NCBI GenBank assembly: GCA_009774615.1
Contig: VSOC01000002.1
Span: 24,003-88,002 of the forward strand
DNA length: 64,000 nucleotides
Direction of reading: 5' to 3'
Source of the DNA: Lachnospiraceae bacterium
GTDB taxonomy: Bacteria > Bacillota > Clostridia > Lachnospirales > Lachnospiraceae
The notes beneath the pieces were generated by a model. It was not told the DNA's origin. It saw nothing but the letters and a program-made list of their open reading frames with translations, and made no database searches. Made by a program: the position numbers and the translations under genes. Below are positions 29,472 to 38,170 of this stretch, one piece after another (within the stretch, counting starts at the first letter, position 1; each line of letters begins with the position of its first letter).

Positions 29472-32045
29472 GTGGATGAAGAAAATAAACCATATGAAGC
29501 AAAACATTATGAAATTCGCCTGTCCGTAAGGGAACTGGTGGAATTTGTCCTGCGCAGCGGCGATATCGACAGCAGACAGGCCGCCGGAGGAAAGAAGGAA
29601 GCCATGCAGGAGGGAAGCCGCCTTCACCGGAAGATTCAGCGGCGGATGGGGGCGTCCTACCAGGCCGAAGTGGCGATGAAGCATACCGTGGAAGAAGAAC
29701 ATTTCCGGCTTTTGATTGAAGGCCGTGCCGACGGGGTGATGGAGGAAAACAGCGGATGGGCCATTGATGAGATTAAATGCATGTACATGGATATTTCCCG
29801 GCTGGAAGCCCCTGTTCCCGTCCATCTGGCCCAGGCGATGTGCTACGCCTATTTTTTGTGTTTGACTAAGGAACTTTCCTCTGTGGGGGTGCAGCTGACG
29901 TACTGCCAGATAGAAACCGAAGAAATCCGGCGGTTTCGGGAGGAAAAGACGGCGCAGGAATTAAAAAACTGGTTTGCAGACCTAACCGGTAAATATAAAC
30001 AATGGGCGGATTTTCAGTATTTCCATCATCTGCGCCGCCAGGAATCGTTAAAAAAGCTGACTTTTCCCTTTCCTTACCGCAGGGGGCAGAAGGAACTGGC
30101 GGTGGATGTTTACCGGAGCATTGTCCGCAGACGGAATTTGTACATCCAGGCACCCACCGGGATTGGAAAGACGCTTTCCACGCTGTTTCCCTCGTTAAAG
30201 GCTATGGGGGAGGGTTACGGAGAAAAACTGTTTTACCTGACCGCCAAGACGATAACCCGGCAGGTGGCACAGGAGGGGCTGGATATTCTGAGGAAGAACG
30301 GGCTGTTTTTTTCTTCGGTTACGATTACGGCAAAGGAAAAACTCTGTGTCCTGGAAAAGCCGGAATGTCATCCCGACGCCTGTCCTTACGCTAAGGGACA
30401 TTTTGACAGGGTCAATGCGGCGGTGTTTGCACTGATTAACCAGGAAACCGCCATTGACCGGGAAAAGCTGATTGCCTATGCAAAGCAGTACCGGGTCTGT
30501 CCTTTTGAATTTTGCCTGGATGTCAGCCTTTGGGTGGACGGGATTATCTGTGATTACAATTATGTTTTTGACCCTAATGTGCGGCTGAAGCGGTATTTTG
30601 CCGAGGGAAAGAAAGGGGATTACCTGTTTTTAATTGACGAGGCCCACAACCTCCTCTCCCGTGCCCGCGAGATGTACAGTGCCGCATTGGTGAAGGAGGA
30701 TGTCCTTCTTATCCGGCGGCTGGTGAAGGAGCGCAGTCCAAAGCTTGCCCGGCTGTTGGATGCCTGCAATAAGAGCCTTTTAGAATATAAACGCCAGTGC
30801 GAAACCTACATGGTTTTGGAGGAAATCAGCCATCTGGCACTTCAGGTGATGGGGATATTTTCAGAACTGGAAGTTTTTATGGAAGAATGTACAGACCTTC
30901 CCGAACGCGATCTGGTGTTGGAGTTTTATTTTCAAATTCGGGACTTTATAACCATATTTGAACAATTAGACGACGGCTATCGGATCTACAGCCAGATGAC
31001 GGAGGACGGGCGCTTTCAAATCCGGCTGTTCTGCATTAATCCGTCCGGGCCTCTGCGATTGTGTATGGATCAGGGGATCAGCACGATATTATTTTCCGCA
31101 ACCCTGCTTCCCATGCCTTATTATAAGGAACTGCTGAGCGGGGAACCGGAAGGCTATGCCATTTATGCCGAAAGCCCATTTCCCAGAGAAAACCGTTTGC
31201 TTCTGGTGGCCCGCGATATCAGCAGCAAATACAGCCGCAGAAACCAGAGGGAATATCAGAAGGCGGCGGAATATGTGGAGAAAATTGTGAGGGGAAGAAG
31301 GGGAAATTACATGGTGTTCTGTCCATCTTACCAATATATGGGAGAAGTGGCACGGGCGCTTGAGGCAAGAAACAGAGGGAAGATAGGCGGGGATGATAAA
31401 GATCGGAAAGGAGAAGGAGAAGAAGCGGCAGGGGCAAGAGAGGAGATGCGGTTTCGCCTTCTGGTGCAGGAGAGCCGGATGGATGAAGAGGAGAGAGAAG
31501 CTTTTTTGCGGGAGTTTTTGCAGGATGGGCAGGAAGAAGAGCAGAATGGGCAGGAGGAGGAAGAGCAAGAGGAAGACTTAAGCAGGGAAATTTTAAATAG
31601 GGAAAGGGTGACCGGAAAACGGGCAGAGAAAACAAAGAGTCTGGTTGCCCTCTGCGTAATGGGCGGAATCTTTGGGGAGGGGATTGATTTAAAGGAAGAA
31701 AGTCTTATCGGCGTTATCGTGATCGGCACAGGGCTTCCCATGGTTTGTGCGGAGCAGGAGATTTTAAAAAACTATTTTGAGGAAAAGCAGAAGCCCGGCT
31801 TCGCCTATGCTTTCCAGTATCCGGGGATGAATAAGGTGATGCAGGCTGCCGGGCGGGTGATTCGGACGGTGAAGGATGAAGGGGTGATTGCCCTTTTGGA
31901 CGAGCGTTTCCTCCGGCCCGATTATCTTGCTCTTTTTCCGCGGGAGTGGGCCGATTTTAAGAGGGTTACGCTGTCTGCGGTGGAACAGGCGACCAGGGAG
32001 TTCTGGGAGGGCAGGGAGATTGCCCGGCAGAACGAAACCGATTAG
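29472..32045 (+). CDS. DinG/XPD-family Fe-S helicase with an N-terminal PD-(D/E)XK nuclease domain
   Basis: GRADG..IDEIK..QAMCY nuclease motifs, APTGIGKT Walker A, Cys cluster, IDEAHN, EGIDL, QAAGRVIR. Confidence 0.9.
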   Translation: MDEENKPYEAKHYEIRLSVRELVEFVLRSGDIDSRQAAGGKKEAMQEGSRLHRKIQRRMGASYQAEVAMKHTVEEEHFRLLIEGRADGVMEENSGWAIDEIKCMYMDISRLEAPVPVHLAQAMCYAYFLCLTKELSSVGVQLTYCQIETEEIRRFREEKTAQELKNWFADLTGKYKQWADFQYFHHLRRQESLKKLTFPFPYRRGQKELAVDVYRSIVRRRNLYIQAPTGIGKTLSTLFPSLKAMGEGYGEKLFYLTAKTITRQVAQEGLDILRKNGLFFSSVTITAKEKLCVLEKPECHPDACPYAKGHFDRVNAAVFALINQETAIDREKLIAYAKQYRVCPFEFCLDVSLWVDGIICDYNYVFDPNVRLKRYFAEGKKGDYLFLIDEAHNLLSRAREMYSAALVKEDVLLIRRLVKERSPKLARLLDACNKSLLEYKRQCETYMVLEEISHLALQVMGIFSELEVFMEECTDLPERDLVLEFYFQIRDFITIFEQLDDGYRIYSQMTEDGRFQIRLFCINPSGPLRLCMDQGISTILFSATLLPMPYYKELLSGEPEGYAIYAESPFPRENRLLLVARDISSKYSRRNQREYQKAAEYVEKIVRGRRGNYMVFCPSYQYMGEVARALEARNRGKIGGDDKDRKGEGEEAAGAREEMRFRLLVQESRMDEEEREAFLREFLQDGQEEEQNGQEEEEQEEDLSREILNRERVTGKRAEKTKSLVALCVMGGIFGEGIDLKEESLIGVIVIGTGLPMVCAEQEILKNYFEEKQKPGFAYAFQYPGMNKVMQAAGRVIRTVKDEGVIALLDERFLRPDYLALFPREWADFKRVTLSAVEQATREFWEGREIARQNETD

Positions 32046-32149
32046 TTTTCCGGGTAGAGCAGGTTCGTGTGTTCGCCAGAACATAGCTGGCTGGTTTGGC
32101 TGGCAGGATGAAGCCGTTTAAAAGATAAAATAAAGCAGGAGTCCGGGAA

Positions 32150-33025
32150 TTACAGCATATCCATAAATTGTTTTGCCGCCTGGGAAACGGGGATGTTTTC
32201 ATTATAGGCGACCACAATCTGCCTGGCGGGAAGGCTTTCCTGAAGCTGTAGGATGTAAAGCTGCGGTTCCTGTTTTGGAATACAGAAATCCGGGACAAAG
32301 GCAATTCCCAGACCAATCCGTGCAAGGTCGATTAAAAGGTCATTGCTGCTTAATTCGATTTCCGGGACAAGGTCTAGCTGGCTTTGCTGGAACAGGCGGT
32401 GGAGAAATTCGCTGGTGGTGCTTTTTCGGTCAAGCATTAAAATCGGATGTTTCTGTAACTCCTGCAGAGTGAGTTTTTTCTTTTCCAGAGGGAAATGTTC
32501 ACGGTTTGCCACAAAGACATCGTGAAATTCGTAGATCATCCGTACATTTTGAATATTGGAAAGCCCGGAGTTGGGATAGTTGGTAACGATAAAGTCCACC
32601 TGACCGTTTTCAAGAAGTCCGGCACAGGCTAAAGAGGTCTGGTTAGTTACCTTAATATGCACATTTGGATAGCGGAGATGAAATTCTTTTAAGTAGTTGA
32701 CCAGGTAATAGCGGCAGATGGTGTCGCTGGCACCGATCCGAAGCTGTCCGCCGTTTAAGGTATTGGCCTCAAGAAGCTGATTTTCGCCCTTGCGGATAAG
32801 GTTCATCGCCGGTTCCACATGCTTAAACAGGATTTCGCCCTCCGGGGTGAGCTGGACGCGCTTGGTGCTGCGGATAAAAAGGGTCTGGTTCAGCTTTTTT
32901 TCCAGAACCTTGATGGACTGGCTGACGGCGGACTGGGAGATAAAAAGCTGTTTGGATGCTTCCGAAAAGCTTAAGGTAACTGCAACATGGTAAAAGACTT
33001 TATAAAGTTCGTAATTGATGTCCAT
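32150..33025 (-). CDS. LysR-family regulator
   Basis: SFSEASKQLFISQSAVSQSIKVLE HTH, LTPEG, GLGIAFVP. Confidence 0.93.
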   Translation of the reverse strand: MDINYELYKVFYHVAVTLSFSEASKQLFISQSAVSQSIKVLEKKLNQTLFIRSTKRVQLTPEGEILFKHVEPAMNLIRKGENQLLEANTLNGGQLRIGASDTICRYYLVNYLKEFHLRYPNVHIKVTNQTSLACAGLLENGQVDFIVTNYPNSGLSNIQNVRMIYEFHDVFVANREHFPLEKKKLTLQELQKHPILMLDRKSTTSEFLHRLFQQSQLDLVPEIELSSNDLLIDLARIGLGIAFVPDFCIPKQEPQLYILQLQESLPARQIVVAYNENIPVSQAAKQFMDML

Positions 33026-33161
33026 GGATTTTTGTTTCCCTTCATTTATTAGTTATTCTTATAAATATAAAGCTATTTTACCACTAAAGATAAAGGCTTG
33101 TAAAGAGAAGTTTGTAAAATAAAAGATTATGTAGAACAATGGAGAAACATGATGTTCAATT

Positions 33162-33187
33162 GTTGCCGTGAACATGTGAGCAGTAAT
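33162..33187 (-). mobile_element. 26-bp minimal copy of the GTTAC element with a perfect 8-bp target duplication
   Basis: GTTGCCGTGAACATGTGAGCAGTAAT resembles the reverse complement of 29267-29292. GTTCAATT on both sides. Confidence 0.7.
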
Positions 33188-33216
33188 GTTCAATTTTATA
33201 GATAGGAGAAAGCGGA

Positions 33217-33729
33217 ATGAACGAAACCTATTACCAGATGTATTTAGATGAATTAAGGGGGATTAAGCCCTGTGATGATAAGGAGAGAGCGGACTTGCTG
33301 CCGAAGGCGGCGGCAGGAGATCAGGGGGCCAGGGACAGATTAATTGAAGGCCATTTGATTTTCGCGCTGGCCGTTGCCAAGGATTTTCGGGATAAGGGGA
33401 TTTATGCCAATGATCTTGTGCAGGAAGCCAACTTAGCCCTTACGATGGCGGTTTTAGAATACCGGGAAGGGGATTTTCTCAGCTTTGCCCGGGACAGAAT
33501 GCTTAAAGCCCTCCAGGAACTTTTAGCTGAACAGGAACAGGAGGAGAAAGCCGGGGAGGAGATATTGGCCAGGATTAATGTTTTGCAGGAGGTTTCTAAA
33601 AAAATGGCTGAGGAACTTGGCAGGGAAGCGACCGTGGAAGAACTGGCGCAGCGGATGGGAACGACCAGCGAGGAAATTAAGCAGATGATGAAGACGGCGG
33701 TGGATGCGCTGAAGGTGTATGGGGAGTAG
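33217..33729 (+). CDS. Truncated sigma70-like protein (regions 1.2, 2.1-2.2 and 3; no region 4)
   Basis: QMYLDEL, ARDRLIEGHL, DLVQEANLAL, LGREATVEELA. 170 aa with a good RBS. Confidence 0.8.
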   Translation: MNETYYQMYLDELRGIKPCDDKERADLLPKAAAGDQGARDRLIEGHLIFALAVAKDFRDKGIYANDLVQEANLALTMAVLEYREGDFLSFARDRMLKALQELLAEQEQEEKAGEEILARINVLQEVSKKMAEELGREATVEELAQRMGTTSEEIKQMMKTAVDALKVYGE

Positions 33730-33737
33730 GTAGCATG

Positions 33738-33840
33738 ATACAGGTGGTTCAAGAATCCCAGCTCCCGGATAGAAAGCCCCGGCTGCATGCACCAGAGCAG
33801 AAACGGCGGCTTTTTCGACCGTTTAACCCATGTCCTGCAT
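33738..33840 (-). ncRNA. Candidate structured RNA of unknown family
   Basis: Closing stem ATGCAGG/CCTGTAT encloses 2-3 hairpins that pair only on the minus strand (G-U rather than A-C). TATATT -10-like box just upstream. Confidence 0.4.
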
Positions 33841-33910
33841 TTATAATATAACCTTATAAATACTATAAATGTTATTAATTTTACTAATTTATTATAGCTG
33901 TGATAGAATT

Positions 33911-33945
33911 AGGGCAGATAACCGGAAACCGGCTCTGCCTTTTTT
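33911..33945 (+). terminator. Rho-independent terminator
   Basis: GGCAGA..CCGG-AAA-CCGG.TCTGCC-TTTTTT. Confidence 0.7.
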
Positions 33946-34010
33946 GTGTACCAAAGGATATTGTACAGGAAAATCATGCACAGACCATCGTTTGCACAGG
34001 AAAATTATAT

Positions 34011-34176
34011 CTAGTACTGTGTTGCGTAAATAACGGTGAATAGGTACCTGATGTCTGCGTTAGATGTGAATCCCGCGAAACGAAGGCGTAGTGGTGCTAC
34101 GTCGAGTTTCGTGGGGTTTACAGATGACGTAGACAGCGGGTGCATATTCACTGGAATTTACGCAATGCAGTACTAG
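34011..34176 (+). repeat. 166-bp imperfect inverted repeat bounded by CTAG (MITE-like or structured RNA)
   Basis: CTAGTACTGTGTTGCGTAAAT...ATTTACGCAATGCAGTACTAG, with pairing continuing to the apex. Confidence 0.85.
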
Positions 34177-34214
34177 GCAGATTGCCGCCCCACAACGATA
34201 CAGGAGGAATCTCT

Positions 34215-37200
34215 ATGAGCGTAACCCGCATTTTTGTAGAAAAAAAGCCTGATTTTGCCGTGAAAGCAAAGGAACTTCAGGAAGAAATTAAGACCTATTT
34301 AAACATTTCCGCTGTGACCAATGTCCGTGTTCTTATCCGCTATGATATTGAAAATCTGTCCGAGGAAACTTATCGGCAGAGTTTAATTACTATTTTTTCT
34401 GAACCGCCGCTGGATTTTGTCTATGAGGAAGAATTTCCGGCAGGGGAAACGGACAGGGTTTTTTCTGTGGAATACCTTCCCGGGCAGTTTGACCAGCGGG
34501 CGGATTCTGCCGAGCAGTGTGTAAAGCTGTTAAATGAAAACGAGGAACCCGTTATCCGCTCGGCGACCACTTATGTGATTTCCGGCAGCATCACTGATGA
34601 AGAGTTTTGTGCGGTAAAGAACTTCTGCATTAACCCGGTGGATTCCCGCGAGGCCGAAGCGAAAAAACCGCAGACCTTAATTACCGTGTTTGAAACCCCG
34701 GCGGATGTGGCGGTGATGGACGGTTTCTGTGCTATGGACGAAGCTGCACTTGGCGAACTTTACGCTTCCCTAAATCTGGCAATGACCGTCAAGGATTTTG
34801 CGCATATTCAAAATTATTTTAAAACCGAAGAAAACCGTGACCCGTCCATTACGGAAATCCGGGTGCTGGATACTTATTGGTCGGATCATTGCCGCCATAC
34901 CACTTTTTCCACCGAACTGACCGAGGTTGAATTTTCCGACGGCGACTACCGCGAGCCAATCGAAGCTGCCTATCAAAACTACCTGTCCGACCGCAGGGAA
35001 CTGTATAAAGATCGCAAAGACAAGTTTGTTTGCCTGATGGATTTGGCGCTTATGGGGATGAAAAAACTTCGGGCCGAGGGAAAGCTTGAAGATCTGGAGG
35101 TTTCCGAGGAAATTAATGCCTGCTCCATCGTCGTTCCCGTGACGATTGACGGCGTGACCGAAGAATGGCTGATTAATTTTAAAAACGAAACCCACAACCA
35201 CCCCACGGAAATCGAACCTTTCGGCGGTGCGGCAACCTGCCTTGGGGGTGCAATCCGCGATCCATTGTCGGGAAGAACCTATGTTTATCAGGCAATGCGT
35301 GTGACCGGAGCCGCCGATCCCACAAAACCGTTAAGCGAAACTCTCCACGGCAAGCTTCCGCAGAAAAAGCTGGTGACCGGAGCCGCCCACGGCTACAGTT
35401 CCTACGGCAACCAGATTGGCTTAGCCACGGGTTTTGTGAAGGAAATTTATCATCCGGGCTATGCTGCAAAGCGCATGGAGATCGGTGCGGTGATGGGTGC
35501 TGCCCCGCGCAGGGATGTTGTCCGGGAAACCTCCGATCCGGGCGATAAAATTATCCTGCTCGGCGGAAGGACAGGCCGCGACGGCATCGGCGGTGCTACC
35601 GGTTCGTCCAAGGTGCACACCGAGGCTTCCATCGAGGTCTGCGGTGCCGAGGTGCAGAAGGGAAATGCGCCGACGGAGAGAAAATTACAGCGCATGTTCC
35701 GCCGCCCCGAGGTTTCCCGTCTGATTAAAAAGTGCAATGATTTCGGCGCAGGCGGTGTTTCGGTAGCCATCGGCGAGCTTGCCGCAGGATTAATGATTGA
35801 TTTGGATAAAGTTCCGAAAAAATATGCCGGCCTGGACGGGACGGAGATTGCCATTTCCGAGTCCCAGGAGAGGATGGCGGTTGTCGTTGACCCGAAGGAC
35901 GTGGATCAGTTCCTGGCTTATGCCGCAGAAGAAAACTTAGAGGCTGTGACCGTAGCTGAAGTGACCAGAGAACCCCGCCTGCGGATGCACTGGCGCAAAA
36001 AAACGATCGTTGATTTAAGCCGTGCCTTCCTCGATACGAACGGTGCCCACCAGGAAGCGAAGGTTAAGGTTTCCATTCCTGCAAAAGAGGATAATGTATT
36101 CCGGAGAAAAGAAGTGGGCGATGTAAGAGAAACCTGGCTAAATCTTCTTTCTTCCTTAAATGTGTGCTCCCAGAAGGGCCTGGTGGAAATGTTTGACGGC
36201 TCCATTGGTGCAGGAAGTGTTTTCATGCCCTACGGCGGGCGCTACCAGCTGACGGAAACCCAGTCCATGGTGGCAAAGCTGCCTGTGCTGGAGGGAAGTA
36301 CCGATACCGTAACGATGATGAGCTACGGCTTTGACCCGAACCTTTCAAGCTGGAGTCCCTACCATGGTGCTGTTTATGCAGTGGTTTCCTCTGTGGCAAA
36401 GATTGTGGCAGCCGGAGGTGATTTCAGCAAAATCCGTTTTACCTTCCAGGAGTATTTCCAGAGGATGACTGCCGATCCCGCACGCTGGAGCCAGCCGTTT
36501 TCCGCACTTTTGGGGGCGTATCAGGCGCAGCTTGGTTTTGGTCTGCCTTCCATCGGCGGAAAGGATTCTATGTCGGGAACCTTTGACGACGCTGCCCACG
36601 GGGAAATTAATGTGCCGCCGACCCTGGTTTCCTTTGCTGTCGATGTAGCCAGCAATAAGACAATAATAACCCCTGAGTTTAAGCGCCCGGGAAGTAAGCT
36701 GGTGGTCTTTAAGGCACAGAGGGATGCCTGGGATCTGCCGGATTATGCGCAGATCATGGAAGGCTATGCTAAGCTTCACCAGGATATTAAGGATGGGAAG
36801 ATTATCTCCGCCTATGCCGTGGAGGGAAATGGTCTGGCAGAAGCCGTGAGCAAGATGGCTTTTGGCAATAAGCTTGGCGTGAAGGTAGAACACAATGTTG
36901 ATCCTAGAGATTTCTTTGCACCTGACTGGGGTTCCATCGTCTGCGAAGTTCCCGACGGAAAAGTGGGCGAGCTTTCGATTTCTTACACTTTGATTGGCGA
37001 AGTGACGGACAGGGGAGTCTTGGAATACGGCCCGGTTTCGATTTCCATGGACGAAGCATTAAACGTATGGACAGGCACGCTGGAAAAGGTATTCCCGACG
37101 AAGTCCGGCGTAAAGCAGGAAGAGGTTTCTCAGGCTGTTTACCATGCTGACCCGGAAAGCATCTATGTATGCAGCCACAAGCTGGCGGCACCGAATGTAT

Positions 37201-37985
37201 TTATTCCCGTATTCCCGGGAACAAACTGCGAATACGACAGTACAAAAGCCTTTACCCGTGCCGGGGCGAGGGTGAGAACCAGGGTATTTAAGAACCTGTC
37301 TGCCCAGGACATCCGTGATTCCGTAAACGCTTACAGGGAAGAGATTGCCAAAGCCCAGATCGTGATGTTCCCCGGCGGCTTTTCCGCAGGCGACGAGCCG
37401 GAGGGATCGGCAAAATTCTTCGCAACCGTATTCCGCAATGCGGTGATTAAGGAAGAAATCGAAAAACTCTTAAACGAGCGCGACGGCTTAATGCTTGGCA
37501 TCTGCAACGGCTTTCAGGCATTGATTAAGCTGGGACTTTTACCGGAAGGGATCATCTGCCCGCAGAGTGAAACTTCCCCGACTCTGGCGATGAACACCAT
37601 CGGGCGTCATATTTCCAAGATGGTTTATACGAAGGTGGTAACGAATAAATCTCCGTGGCTGGCGGGTGCCGAGTTAGGAGCGGTTTACTGTAACCCGGCT
37701 TCCCACGGCGAGGGACGGTTTGTGGCAGATAAAGCGTGGATAGAGCGGCTCTTTGCAAACGGACAGGTGGCGACGCAGTATGTAAATGATCAAGGCGAGG
37801 CAACCATGGATGAGTTCTGGAACCCGAACGGTTCTTACCAGGCCATCGAAGGCATCACAAGCCCCGACGGAAGGATTCTGGGAAAGATGGCTCATTCGGA
37901 ACGGCGCGGGGAAGCTGTGGCGATGAATATCTACGGCGAGCAGGATATGAAGATCTTTGCGTCTGGGGTGAGGTATTTTCAGTAA
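34215..37985 (+). CDS. purL: Phosphoribosylformylglycinamidine synthase, single-chain large form
   Basis: WSDHCRH, KNETHNHPT, DFGAGG, ISESQERM, GGKDSMSG, and glutaminase motifs PGGFS, GICNGFQ, MAHSER. ATG after AGGAGG. Confidence 0.96.
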   Translation: MSVTRIFVEKKPDFAVKAKELQEEIKTYLNISAVTNVRVLIRYDIENLSEETYRQSLITIFSEPPLDFVYEEEFPAGETDRVFSVEYLPGQFDQRADSAEQCVKLLNENEEPVIRSATTYVISGSITDEEFCAVKNFCINPVDSREAEAKKPQTLITVFETPADVAVMDGFCAMDEAALGELYASLNLAMTVKDFAHIQNYFKTEENRDPSITEIRVLDTYWSDHCRHTTFSTELTEVEFSDGDYREPIEAAYQNYLSDRRELYKDRKDKFVCLMDLALMGMKKLRAEGKLEDLEVSEEINACSIVVPVTIDGVTEEWLINFKNETHNHPTEIEPFGGAATCLGGAIRDPLSGRTYVYQAMRVTGAADPTKPLSETLHGKLPQKKLVTGAAHGYSSYGNQIGLATGFVKEIYHPGYAAKRMEIGAVMGAAPRRDVVRETSDPGDKIILLGGRTGRDGIGGATGSSKVHTEASIEVCGAEVQKGNAPTERKLQRMFRRPEVSRLIKKCNDFGAGGVSVAIGELAAGLMIDLDKVPKKYAGLDGTEIAISESQERMAVVVDPKDVDQFLAYAAEENLEAVTVAEVTREPRLRMHWRKKTIVDLSRAFLDTNGAHQEAKVKVSIPAKEDNVFRRKEVGDVRETWLNLLSSLNVCSQKGLVEMFDGSIGAGSVFMPYGGRYQLTETQSMVAKLPVLEGSTDTVTMMSYGFDPNLSSWSPYHGAVYAVVSSVAKIVAAGGDFSKIRFTFQEYFQRMTADPARWSQPFSALLGAYQAQLGFGLPSIGGKDSMSGTFDDAAHGEINVPPTLVSFAVDVASNKTIITPEFKRPGSKLVVFKAQRDAWDLPDYAQIMEGYAKLHQDIKDGKIISAYAVEGNGLAEAVSKMAFGNKLGVKVEHNVDPRDFFAPDWGSIVCEVPDGKVGELSISYTLIGEVTDRGVLEYGPVSISMDEALNVWTGTLEKVFPTKSGVKQEEVSQAVYHADPESIYVCSHKLAAPNVFIPVFPGTNCEYDSTKAFTRAGARVRTRVFKNLSAQDIRDSVNAYREEIAKAQIVMFPGGFSAGDEPEGSAKFFATVFRNAVIKEEIEKLLNERDGLMLGICNGFQALIKLGLLPEGIICPQSETSPTLAMNTIGRHISKMVYTKVVTNKSPWLAGAELGAVYCNPASHGEGRFVADKAWIERLFANGQVATQYVNDQGEATMDEFWNPNGSYQAIEGITSPDGRILGKMAHSERRGEAVAMNIYGEQDMKIFASGVRYFQ

Positions 37986-38170
37986 TTCGACGATAATGGA
38001 CATATGTGAATAATAACCGTTTAAAGCAATAGATGTTTCAACCAATAGGATTTCTTGATTTTATGCTGTTTTCATGGTAAGATAATGATGATTTATGGTT
38101 TTTACATGATAATTGTATGAATGTGTTAGGCATGAATGGTAGAAAAATATAAGAAAAAGAGGAGAACATC

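Noticed and set aside
29472..32045. Cas4/CasDinG-type defence gene, or the transposase for the adjacent element
   Set aside because: A nuclease-DinG fusion of this layout is a common stand-alone Firmicute gene. It lies outside the element's ends and has no cas or defence neighbours.
33901..33945. pyrG-like reiterative-transcription attenuator for purL (GGGC plus terminator)
   Set aside because: GGGC is only 2 nt from the putative -10 box, too close to be the start site. The hairpin is more simply the terminator of the upstream gene.
37986..38170. Lysine riboswitch upstream of aspartate kinase
   Set aside because: The region is short and AT-rich, with none of the expected stems or a terminator.
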